Shown: positions 18,797 to 27,166 of the stretch, one piece after another
Layout of the letters: every line of letters starts with the position of its first letter
Numbering within the stretch: position 1 is the first letter of the stretch
Assembly (NCBI GenBank): GCA_017609175.1
Contig: JAFCEJ010000001.1
Span: 57,428 to 121,427, forward strand
DNA: 64,000 nucleotides
Origin: Candidatus Pacearchaeota archaeon
Lineage (GTDB): Archaea > Nanobdellota > Nanobdellia > Pacearchaeales > GW2011-AR1
Reading direction: 5' to 3'
Translations under genes and position numbers: made by a program
The notes under the pieces: model-generated
Told to the model about the DNA's origin: nothing
Databases searched by the model: none
What the model saw: only the letters and a program-made list of their open reading frames with translations

Positions 18797-18977
18797 AGTT
18801 TAAATAGAACATGAACTCTTTTAAATTTTAATGAAATGCCTTTACCTCTTTGAAATGTCAATTAAAAAAATAATTACTACTTTTGACTGATTATCCAGTG
18901 TCATTTTAGAGAAGTAACATAATCGAAAGATTTAAATACTAGTGGATATTGTATATTTTATCACCTCTTTTTCCCCA

Positions 18978-19024
18978 GGAGAGGCTTCAAGTTAATCTGT
19001 TTTGACTTGACTTGAATCCCCTCC
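18978..19024. other. long GC-enriched imperfect hairpin (13 of 15 positions paired, 17-nt loop) in a 310-nt intergenic region
   Basis: ggagaggcttcaagt (18978-18992) pairs with acttgaatcccctcc (19010-19024), with two mismatches. Confidence 0.5.
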
Positions 19025-19044
19025 CAGGGTTTTAAAAAATACTT

Positions 19045-19066
19045 AAAACTCTCCTTTTAGAGTTTT
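19045..19066 (-). terminator. hairpin plus T-run downstream of the S27ae operon
   Basis: aaaactct-cctttt-agagtttt. On the minus strand it is followed by aagtattttttaaa. Confidence 0.45.
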
Positions 19067-19106
19067 AACTAAAATTTACGAAAATCCCAAAGCTTTATAC
19101 AATTGA

Positions 19107-19331
19107 TTATTGTTCAGAATCTTTTTTACTCTTAAACTCAGAATAATGGCATTTACCACAATAAACACGATTATTTGATTTCATTAAAAAAACTCCTGGA
19201 CCACATCTCGGACAATTTCTTTCTCTCGTAATTTTATCGCCCTCTATTTTGTATTTAGTATATTTTTTACTAGTAGGTTTATTTTTATGTGGTTTTTTTC
19301 CTTTTTTCTTTGATTTTTTCTTTTTAGCCAC
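19107..19331 (-). CDS. rps27ae: ribosomal protein S27ae (eS31)
   Basis: Lys-rich N-terminus and zinc ribbon CPRCGPGVFLMKSNNRVYCGKC. SD ggaggtg lies upstream. Confidence 0.9.
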   Translation of the reverse strand: MAKKKKSKKKGKKPHKNKPTSKKYTKYKIEGDKITRERNCPRCGPGVFLMKSNNRVYCGKCHYSEFKSKKDSEQ

Positions 19332-19394
19332 CGTAAGACACCTCCGATTTCTTAACGCTCAATTTCTTCTGAATTTGGTTTAAAATTAATAGAA

Positions 19395-19583
19395 TCATCG
19401 TGTTTTGATTGCAAAATTTCCTTTATTTTTTAGATTAAGTTTTTGGGCGATTTCTGATTTTTCAGGATTTAGGATTATTATCCTCCCTTTAAAAGTTTCT
19501 GTTGATTCTTTTGAGTCACAATTAGGACATTTTTCATTCTCGTGAATTGTGTTACAAATTTTACATGCTTTTTGTTTAGTCAT
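19395..19583 (-). CDS. spt4: transcription elongation factor Spt4 / RpoE''
   Basis: MTKQKACKICNTIHENEKCPNCDS...GRIIILNPEKSEIAQKL...NFAIK matches Spt4. Start chosen at the internal ATG 19583, just after the Rpo7 stop. Confidence 0.85.
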   Translation of the reverse strand: MTKQKACKICNTIHENEKCPNCDSKESTETFKGRIIILNPEKSEIAQKLNLKNKGNFAIKTR

Positions 19584-19584
19584 T

Positions 19585-20187
19585 TTATTTCTTTTTTCCT
19601 CCTTTTGCTGCTTTTTCTTCTGCCTTAGCTGCTTTTTTTGCAGCAACTTCTTTTTTCTTTTGCTCTTCTTTAAGCCATTCTAATTTTCCAAGACCTGGTT
19701 GCCTCATTGTTAAAGACATTTTTAATTCTCCTCCTTTGTGACTAATGGCGACAATCCTTGCTAAACATAAGTCTCCTTTTTTCAAACTTTTTTTAGTCTT
19801 TTTCCCTAAAAGAGAACCTGTTTTACTTAAACTTACATAATCGTCCATTGTTTGGCTGATATGAATCATTCCTTTTACTGCTCCCAAATTTATGAATGCT
19901 CCGAAATTTGTGATTTCGTCTATAATTCCATAAGTTATTTCCTGTAAAAGAGGTTTCCATACGAGTAATTTAAATCTGGAATTATAATATGCTGCCCCAT
20001 CCCCAGGGATAATAACACCATCATTAACTTCCATAACTTCTACAACAATAATTACCTTGCCTAATTCCTGGTCATAATAATCTTTGTAAGTTTCTTTTAA
20101 CTGCTGGAAAACAGCCTCTACAGTAGGTAATCCGAATAATTTTGGTTCAACTCTTACATAATCCTCAACTTCCGTTAAGTAGAACAT
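19585..20187 (-). CDS. rpoE: RNA polymerase subunit Rpo7 (RpoE')
   Basis: N-terminal Rpb7-like fold sequence MFYLTEVEDYVRVEPKLFG and the S1 domain GIIDEITNFGAFINLGAVKGMIHISQ. Confidence 0.85.
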   Translation of the reverse strand: MFYLTEVEDYVRVEPKLFGLPTVEAVFQQLKETYKDYYDQELGKVIIVVEVMEVNDGVIIPGDGAAYYNSRFKLLVWKPLLQEITYGIIDEITNFGAFINLGAVKGMIHISQTMDDYVSLSKTGSLLGKKTKKSLKKGDLCLARIVAISHKGGELKMSLTMRQPGLGKLEWLKEEQKKKEVAAKKAAKAEEKAAKGGKKK

Positions 20188-20296
20188 TTTATTAAAATTA
20201 AAGTAAAAATTGGTTTTTAAATTATTTGGTTAGATGATTTTGAAATAGATTTAAGATAACAAAAAATTTTATAAATAGCATTAATCTGAAGGTAAA

Positions 20297-20896
20297 ATGG
20301 TCTATAGAATATTTGACTTTAAAGACCATATCCATCTAATGAAAATAGGGATAAAATCCACATTTTTATTACTAAACCCTCCTTCTAGAAAATATTTGGA
20401 AAATGAGAAGTATGGTTCAGAATTTAATGAAATTTATAATGAGGAATTAAGAATTTTCGGCAAAGATAGTCGCTGGTGGAGAGGAGTAGCATCATTTCAG
20501 GCTTATAGGGCAAGTCATAGGACAAATAAACAAAAAGAAAAAAGAAAAAAATACATAGAAAGGTATGGAAAACCTATTTTGCAAGAAAATAATGTTGAAA
20601 AAATAGAAAAGATTCTTAAAAAAGCAAATAAAAATCTAAGTTTATTTTATGTTATTTATACTCCTGCAGTATTTATACCTCTTAGTATGATTATTTGTAA
20701 CGCCTTTAATCCTGAAAAGGTGAGTGCCAATCTAGTATATAAAACATTTTTCGGTGCTCTTCCATTTCTTATTTATAGTGCCCATTTAAAACTAAAATCA
20801 GAAGTAGAAATGGATTCTGCAAGAGAAAGATTAAAAGAGCTAAAATTAAATTCCTTAGAAGATAAAATTTTAAATTCTGACTCTAAAAAAATATAA
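20297..20896 (+). CDS. hypothetical membrane protein
   Basis: 199-aa ORF with hydrophobic segments (LSLFYVIYTPAVFIPLSMIICNAF, FFGALPFLIYSA). Confidence 0.5.
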   Translation: MVYRIFDFKDHIHLMKIGIKSTFLLLNPPSRKYLENEKYGSEFNEIYNEELRIFGKDSRWWRGVASFQAYRASHRTNKQKEKRKKYIERYGKPILQENNVEKIEKILKKANKNLSLFYVIYTPAVFIPLSMIICNAFNPEKVSANLVYKTFFGALPFLIYSAHLKLKSEVEMDSARERLKELKLNSLEDKILNSDSKKI

Positions 20897-20919
20897 TTAA
20901 AGTCAGATAAACAAAAAAT

Positions 20920-21288
20920 TCAAAGAATTTCCAGCCGTTTTCCTTGTCGAATTGTAACCGTTTTATTTTTTAGCTTGTATCTTATTTCTCTGTCAAGAGT
21001 TGCTATAACAACATTTGGATTCTTTTTTGCAAATTTTATAATTGCCCTATCTACTTTATCATCAATTAGGTCAATCTTCTGGAATTTTTTTTGTTCTAAT
21101 AATTTTAAAGCAACTTTTGCATGAATTGATAAAAGATCTTTTTTTCTGTTTTCTAGCATTTTTAATTCATTTAGGACCTGTTCTGGAACAAGAATCTGAA
21201 AACCTTCTAATTCAAAATATTCAAAAAAGTCTATTTTTTGTTTTACACAACTTACGATAAAATTTGTATCAAGCAATACTTTTTTCAT
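20920..21288 (-). CDS. PIN-domain protein (Fcf1/Utp24-like)
   Basis: VLLDTNFIV and ATLDREIRYKLK are typical PIN/Fcf1 acidic motifs. Confidence 0.75.
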   Translation of the reverse strand: MKKVLLDTNFIVSCVKQKIDFFEYFELEGFQILVPEQVLNELKMLENRKKDLLSIHAKVALKLLEQKKFQKIDLIDDKVDRAIIKFAKKNPNVVIATLDREIRYKLKNKTVTIRQGKRLEIL

Positions 21289-21350
21289 AAGATAAATAAG
21301 TTTCTGTATCTTAAAAAACTATTTAAAGTTAGTAAAATAGTTAGAATTAG

Positions 21351-21511
21351 GGGTGCATAGTTTAATGGTAAAACAGGCGGCTCCAGAGGCGAGGATACCT
21401 ATGGTTTCCAATTCGCGAAATCGCTCGGCTTAACCTTCCAGAGGTTAATTCAAAACCGATTAATCAATCCGGAGTGACCGCCAGCTGGGGGTTCGATTCC
21501 CTCTGCGCCCA
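21351..21511 (+). tRNA. tRNA-Trp(CCA) with ~90-nt intron
   Basis: Acceptor GGGTGCA/TGCGCCC, D arm GTTT-AATGGTA-AAAC, anticodon stem GGCGG/CCGCC, loop CTCCAG..A. Intron about 21387-21476. T arm GGGGG-TTCGATT-CCCTC. Confidence 0.8.
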
Positions 21512-21526
21512 TTTAAAAATTAAAAG

Positions 21527-23170
21527 ATGGTGAATAGTGTATTAATTGCGGTTATAGGAATCTTATTCTTAATTGGAAATTATTTCTTATATGGAAAATA
21601 TATTGAAAAAAAAATAAAACCAAGTTACAGAAAAAAAACTCCTGCAGTTCTTAATAAGGATAAAATAGATTTTTATCCTGCGAACAAATACTTCTTATTC
21701 GGCCATCATTTTGCTTCAATTGCAGGCGCTGGACCGATTATCGGACCAATCCTCGCTGTAAGTTATTTTGGCTGGTTATTCACTGTTTTATGGATTATTT
21801 TAGGAACTGTGTTTATAGGAGCTGTCCATGATTATCTCTCTCTAATGTTATCTGTAAGAAATAAAGCAAAAGGAATATCAAAAATAACAGAAGATTCCTT
21901 AAATGAAAAATCCGGAAAAATTTTTGCTGTTATGATTTGGATAACTCTAACAATGATTATTGCTGTTTTTTCTGTTTCTGCTGCTGATAGCATAATAGCT
22001 CAACCGAAATTAGTTATACCCATAATCGCAATATCTATAATAGCTATAATTCTCGGAGTATCTGTTTATAAATATAAAACAAATGTATTAATCTCTAGTT
22101 TAATTGCCTTAATTTTTGCGTTTATTTTTATGTATATTGGATATCTTTTTCCCTTAAGTCTCCCATTTTCAGAACCTGTTTCAAGAATAATTTGGATAAC
22201 AATTCTGATAAGTTATGGGGGAATTGCTTCTTTAATTCCTATATGGATTTTTTTACAGCCGAGAGATTATTTAAGTGCAATACAATTAATTTTATTCCTA
22301 TTTATAGGGTTTTTAGCAATTTTAATTGTTAGACCTATTATTAATTCTCCTGCAATAATATTAGATAATTTTGAAATTATTTGGCCTATCCTTTTTATTA
22401 CTGTTGCATGTGGCGCTGTATCTGGCTTTCATTCACTAGTTGCATCAGGAACAACTTCAAAACAGCTTGCCGATGAGAGACATGGCAGATTTGTGGGTTA
22501 TGGAGGAATGATTGCGGAGGGAGTTCTTGCTTTACTTATTGTTTTATTTGTATCAAGTTTGCCATGGAATTCAGGAGATTTGAATTTCTTAGGTTCTTTA
22601 AAAGATGGATGGATTATCACTTTTGGAAATGGTTTTGGAAATGTTCTTTCTGGAATAGGAATTCCTTTTCTGACTTTTTCTTTAGCAAGTCTAATTGGAG
22701 CTTTTTTAGTCAACCAGTTTATTTTAACTTCATTAGATACTTCGACAAGATTATCTCGATTAATAATTTCAGAAAATCTGAAAAATAAATTTTTTAAGAA
22801 AAAAATTGTATGTATGTTGATAGCAATAATTCCTGCTTATATTTTGGCTATAACAAATACTTATACAAAAATATGGAGGATATTTGGAAGTTCAAATCAA
22901 TTAATAGCAGCTATAGCATTAATTACAATTTCTGCTTATTTTGTTGAGCATAAAAAGAAAATTAAATTTTTAATTATACCGACGTTGTTTATGATTATTA
23001 CAACAATTGCTGCGTTGTTTTATAGCCTTTTCAACTCGTCGGGATATATTGCTGAAGGGAATTGGTTATTAACCTCTTTTGCAGGAGCTCTTGTTATCTT
23101 AGCCCTAATCGTTTCATGGGAAGGATTTAAAATAATAAGAGCAAAAAAATATCCTATGAATTTTAAATGA
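21527..23170 (+). CDS. cstA: carbon starvation protein CstA family transporter
   Basis: FGHHFASIAGAGPIIGPILA signature and many TM segments. Confidence 0.9.
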   Translation: MVNSVLIAVIGILFLIGNYFLYGKYIEKKIKPSYRKKTPAVLNKDKIDFYPANKYFLFGHHFASIAGAGPIIGPILAVSYFGWLFTVLWIILGTVFIGAVHDYLSLMLSVRNKAKGISKITEDSLNEKSGKIFAVMIWITLTMIIAVFSVSAADSIIAQPKLVIPIIAISIIAIILGVSVYKYKTNVLISSLIALIFAFIFMYIGYLFPLSLPFSEPVSRIIWITILISYGGIASLIPIWIFLQPRDYLSAIQLILFLFIGFLAILIVRPIINSPAIILDNFEIIWPILFITVACGAVSGFHSLVASGTTSKQLADERHGRFVGYGGMIAEGVLALLIVLFVSSLPWNSGDLNFLGSLKDGWIITFGNGFGNVLSGIGIPFLTFSLASLIGAFLVNQFILTSLDTSTRLSRLIISENLKNKFFKKKIVCMLIAIIPAYILAITNTYTKIWRIFGSSNQLIAAIALITISAYFVEHKKKIKFLIIPTLFMIITTIAALFYSLFNSSGYIAEGNWLLTSFAGALVILALIVSWEGFKIIRAKKYPMNFK

Positions 23171-23266
23171 TAAACCCATCTGGTTTCTATTTGTCCAATC
23201 CCTATTAAAGAGAATTTTTACCATTATTACTTAAAGAGAGAGGATTTCATTAGAGTAATATATAAA

Positions 23267-23279
23267 CATTTATAAACTC
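23267..23279 (+). promoter_or_regulatory. BRE/TATA-like box catttataaactc
   Basis: About 25 nt upstream of the ArsR-family ATG at 23298. Confidence 0.45.
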
Positions 23280-23297
23280 ATATGAATTATTTTTCAT

Positions 23298-23591
23298 ATG
23301 AAATGTAAATCAAATACTTATCATATTTTCTTCAGAAATCTTGCAAATCCCATTAAAACCAAAATTATCTCTGCATTAAAAGAAAAAGAAATGTCTGTAA
23401 GTGAAATATCTAAAAAAATTAAGGTTGAGCAGAGTAAATTATCTCACGCTCTTGCCTCTCTAAGATTTTGCAGTATTGTTCAATCAAAACAAAGGGGCAA
23501 ACAAAGAATTTATTATCTCAATAAACAAACCATTATTCCTATTTTAAAAATAATTGATAAACATAAATGTAAATTTTGCAAATACAAATGA
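23298..23591 (+). CDS. ArsR-family winged-helix transcriptional regulator
   Basis: FRNLANPIKTKIISALKEKEMSVSEISKKIKVEQSKLSHALASL is an ArsR/SmtB-type HTH. Confidence 0.75.
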   Translation: MKCKSNTYHIFFRNLANPIKTKIISALKEKEMSVSEISKKIKVEQSKLSHALASLRFCSIVQSKQRGKQRIYYLNKQTIIPILKIIDKHKCKFCKYK

Positions 23592-24733
23592 AACAAATTT
23601 ATTTTGATAATGCGGCTACAACAAAAGTTGATGAAAGAGTTTTGAAAGCTATGCTTCCGTATTTTTCAAAAAAATATGGAAACGCGTCTTCACTTCATTT
23701 AATGGGAGAGGAAGCGCGGAGAGCGATTGAAGAAAGTAGGGTAACAATTGCAAAATCAATAGGTGCAAAATATAAAGAAATAATTTTCACAGGCAGTGGA
23801 ACAGAAGCGAATAATTTTGTTATGAAAGGTTTATTTTTTAAGAATTATCCTACAAAAAACCATATAATCACAACTAAAATTGAGCATGATTGCATCTTAA
23901 ATTCATGTAAATGGCTTGAAACACAGGGTGCAAAAGTGACTTATCTTGATGTCGATGAAAAAGGTTTTATTGATTTAGAACAATTAAGAACCTCTATTAC
24001 AGATAAAACAATCGTTGTTTCTGTGATTCATGGAAATAATGAAATTGGAACGATACAGGATTTGGAAGCTATTGGAAAAATCTGCAAAGAAAAAGGTGTT
24101 TTGTTCCATACTGATGCCTGCCAGAGTTTTACAAAAGTTCCTATTAATGTAAAAAAATATAATCTTGATTTAGTAACTTTAAATGCGCATAAAATTCATG
24201 GACCAAAGGGGGTTGGTGCATTGTATATTCAAGAAGGTGTGAAAATAGTTCCCCTTTTTCATGGTGGAGGGCATGAGTTTAAATTGAGAAGCTCAACTGA
24301 AAATGTTGCTGGAATTGTTGGATTTGCAAAGGCTGTAAAAATAGCGAACAATAGAGATGTGAAAAAAATGAAAAAATTGAGAGATAAATTAATTGAGGGA
24401 ATTTTAGAAATTCCAAACACAAAATTAAATGGAGCTGAAAAGGATAAAAGATTGTGCAATAATATCAATATTTGTTTTAATAACATTGAGGGGGAGGCAA
24501 TTGGAAATTTTTTGAATTCCAAAGGGATTTTTGGTTCAACTGGGAGTGCTTGTAGTTCTAAAAGTTTGGAGCCGAGCCATGTTTTGCTTGCGTTGGGTAT
24601 GACTCCTTTGCAGGCAAATAGTTCAATAAGGCTAAGTATAAGTAAATATACAACAGAACAAGAAATTGATTATGTTCTAAAAGAATTAAAAAAAATTGTT
24701 GAAAAATTAAGGAGGATTAGTCCAATTTCATAA
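23588..24733 (+). CDS. nifS: cysteine desulfurase (NifS/IscS class)
   Basis: IYFDNAATT, TGSGTEANN, NAHKIHGPKGVGALY (PLP lysine) and GSACSS. The ATG at 23588 overlaps the ArsR stop (ATGA). Confidence 0.9.
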   Translation: MKQIYFDNAATTKVDERVLKAMLPYFSKKYGNASSLHLMGEEARRAIEESRVTIAKSIGAKYKEIIFTGSGTEANNFVMKGLFFKNYPTKNHIITTKIEHDCILNSCKWLETQGAKVTYLDVDEKGFIDLEQLRTSITDKTIVVSVIHGNNEIGTIQDLEAIGKICKEKGVLFHTDACQSFTKVPINVKKYNLDLVTLNAHKIHGPKGVGALYIQEGVKIVPLFHGGGHEFKLRSSTENVAGIVGFAKAVKIANNRDVKKMKKLRDKLIEGILEIPNTKLNGAEKDKRLCNNINICFNNIEGEAIGNFLNSKGIFGSTGSACSSKSLEPSHVLLALGMTPLQANSSIRLSISKYTTEQEIDYVLKELKKIVEKLRRISPIS

Positions 24734-24810
24734 TGGCAAAGAAAAAAATTTGTGAATGTTACGAATGTGAGCCACGTGGATATGAACTTTGTAATTGTTG
24801 CAAATGTTAA
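24733..24810 (+). CDS. candidate 25-aa Cys-rich micro-protein (MAKKKICECYECEPRGYELCNCCKC)
   Basis: ATG overlaps the nifS stop (TAATG). There are 7 Cys codons in 25, far above what AT-rich sequence should give. Its stop lies 1 nt before the probable DUF1858 start. Confidence 0.35.
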   Translation: MAKKKICECYECEPRGYELCNCCKC

Positions 24811-24811
24811 A

Positions 24812-25012
24812 ATGAAAAAAATAACATCTAAAACTCGCCTTAATGAAATTCTTAGTTTGAACTCTAATGCAGCAGAAATTTTATTTGAGGCGGGTATGAG
24901 TTGTATAGGATGTCCTATGGCAATGCAAGAAACATTAGAAGAGGGATGCAAAGCGCACGGCATGACAAAAAAGGATATTGATAAATTAATTAAAAAACTA
25001 AATGAGAAATGA
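24812..25012 (+). CDS. DUF1858-type small redox/disulfide-domain protein
   Basis: ITSKTRLNEILSLNSNAAEILFEAGMSCIGCPMAMQETLEEGCKAHG matches the hybrid-cluster-associated DUF1858 pattern. The internal ATG 24812 is preferred over the track start at 24752. Confidence 0.7.
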   Translation: MKKITSKTRLNEILSLNSNAAEILFEAGMSCIGCPMAMQETLEEGCKAHGMTKKDIDKLIKKLNEK

Positions 25013-25392
25013 ACCAACTGAAATATTCAAAAAAACTTATGAAGTATTTTAAGAATCCAAAATTTATCAAAAACATAAAAAATCCTGATGGGGTTGGAGA
25101 AGCTGGTAATATAAGATGCGGGGACATAATGAAGATGAAAATTAAAGTTAAAAACAATGAAATAAAAGATATTAGTTTTCAGACTTTTGGGTGTCCTGCT
25201 GCTATGGCAAGCTCGGATGTTGTTTGTGAATTAGCAAAAGGAAAAACTTTAAAGGCAGCTAAAAAACTAAAAAAAGAAGATATTATCAAAAAATTGGGCG
25301 GAATGCCTCCAATAAAAATCCACTGTTCTGTTTTAGGAATTCAGGCATTAAAGAAAGCGATTAAAAATTATGAAAAGAAATCAAAAAAATAA
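25009..25392 (+). CDS. iscU: Fe-S cluster scaffold IscU/NifU-like
   Basis: GEAGNIRCGDIMKM, FQTFGCPAAMASS and IHCSVLGIQALKKAI provide the three scaffold cysteines. Confidence 0.85.
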   Translation: MNQLKYSKKLMKYFKNPKFIKNIKNPDGVGEAGNIRCGDIMKMKIKVKNNEIKDISFQTFGCPAAMASSDVVCELAKGKTLKAAKKLKKEDIIKKLGGMPPIKIHCSVLGIQALKKAIKNYEKKSKK

Positions 25393-25438
25393 TTTATAAA
25401 AACAAAATATTTATATACTACTAAATAGTAATAATATT

Positions 25439-26140
25439 ATGGATTTGGAATTAATGTTAAATGAAACAATTGAAGAATTCAAAAAAAGAATTAAACAAAA
25501 CCCTAATTTAGCTAGAGAATTCTCTATCAAACCAAAGATATTTCTTAAAGGCAAGAATCCTTTTGATGTTGATGTGAATTTAATCAAAAGGTTGCGTGAG
25601 GCTTATATAAATGAAGATAAAGAAAGTTTAGATAAAATTCCAATACATCTTAATGAAGACTTCGGAGGTCAAGCAGTAAGTTTTGCGATGAAATGGGAAG
25701 AGGATAAAAGAACAATAGCCTGTTATCCTTTCAGCAATGAAACAGTTGGAGAAAAAATATACTCAATCACAAATATTTTTGAAAGATTAGTAAATAATGG
25801 GGGGACTACCAAATTTTATAATTATTTAATTGAAAAAATTAATGAATTTAAAGCAGAAAGGGACTCTGTTAAAGAGGATATTTTTAATTCAAAAGTGTTC
25901 AAAAATTTTAAAAATAACTTAATTCCAGATATAAATTCAGCATATGGAAGATATAAGAAACCTGATAAAGAATTTTTAAGAGAAGCGTGGAGAAGAGAGG
26001 AATTCAAAAGAAAAGATAAGATAATAGACTTATGTGATAAAGCAGAACATATTTATCATTTAGCAAGCAGATTATATGAAAGTTTAAAGGATTATTGTAG
26101 TAAAAGTATTTGCCAAATTTCTCGGGAATTTTCAGATTAA
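25439..26140 (+). CDS. hypothetical protein
   Basis: 233-aa ORF, no motif recognised. Confidence 0.5.
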   Translation: MDLELMLNETIEEFKKRIKQNPNLAREFSIKPKIFLKGKNPFDVDVNLIKRLREAYINEDKESLDKIPIHLNEDFGGQAVSFAMKWEEDKRTIACYPFSNETVGEKIYSITNIFERLVNNGGTTKFYNYLIEKINEFKAERDSVKEDIFNSKVFKNFKNNLIPDINSAYGRYKKPDKEFLREAWRREEFKRKDKIIDLCDKAEHIYHLASRLYESLKDYCSKSICQISREFSD

Positions 26141-26216
26141 AAATTGTAGAAGATAAGTTAAAAGAAGTTTGGAGTATCTTCGGAAACTTTAAAACTTCCC
26201 TATTCTTTTTCTTTTT

Positions 26217-27038
26217 ATGAATATCGAACAAACTGTCAAAAATACAATTAAAGAATATGGGCTTTGCAGGAAAAAAGAGAAAATTATTGTGGCTTTATCT
26301 GGAGGAAAGGATTCTACTGTTACTGCATATTTGCTTAAAAAATTTGGTTATAATATTGAAGGATTCCATATTGATTTAGGGATGGGTAAATATAGTGAGA
26401 AATGTTTGAATGCTGTCAAAGAATTATGTAAAGATTTGAAAATTAAATTACATGTCTATGAAATTAAAAAAGAAATGGGAAGTTCAATGTGTTATATTAG
26501 AAGTTCTGTTCAATCAAAGAAAACATTAAAGAATTGTGCAATTTGCGGGGTCATAAAAAAATGGATTTTGAACAAACAGGCACGGAAACTAAAAGCTGAT
26601 AAAATTGCAACAGGCCATCATTTAGATGATGAAGTTCAAACATTTTTATTGAATATTTTAAAGGGAAGTCCTGAATTAAATGCGAATACCGGACCAATTA
26701 CAAGAAATATTTCAGACAGCAAATTTATTCCAAGGATAAAACCATTATTCTTTGTTTTAGAAAAAGATATTAGAGAGTATTCTTTAAAAAAGAAATTGCC
26801 AGTTGTTTATGAAAAGTGTCCGTGTGCAATTGATTCTTACAGGATTGAAGTAAGAGAATTTGTGAATACACTTTCAGATAGAGAAAAGAAAAATCTTATG
26901 GAAAATATGGAAAAGATTTTGGATAAAACAAGAAATAAGTGGAAAGGAACAATTAAGTATTGTTCGATTTGCGGAGAACCTTCAAGAAAAGAAATTTGCA
27001 AAATGTGTGAGCTGGTTAAAAAGGGAGGCATGAAGTGA
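26217..27038 (+). CDS. PP-loop tRNA thiolation enzyme (TtuA/NcsA/TtcA-like)
   Basis: ALSGGKDST PP-loop motif, CAICG..., ATGHHLDDEVQTFLLN, and a C-terminal CSICG...CKMC zinc-finger pair. Confidence 0.8.
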   Translation: MNIEQTVKNTIKEYGLCRKKEKIIVALSGGKDSTVTAYLLKKFGYNIEGFHIDLGMGKYSEKCLNAVKELCKDLKIKLHVYEIKKEMGSSMCYIRSSVQSKKTLKNCAICGVIKKWILNKQARKLKADKIATGHHLDDEVQTFLLNILKGSPELNANTGPITRNISDSKFIPRIKPLFFVLEKDIREYSLKKKLPVVYEKCPCAIDSYRIEVREFVNTLSDREKKNLMENMEKILDKTRNKWKGTIKYCSICGEPSRKEICKMCELVKKGGMK

Positions 27039-27166
27039 AGCAGAAAAGTCAGTTTCTGAAGAACAATTCAAAAAATTTTGTTTTTATTTTAGAGTAATGT
27101 TAAATTTTAGAACATAAATATTTAAAACCAAAAAAAATTATTCCTATGTACTAATTTAAAGAGGTT

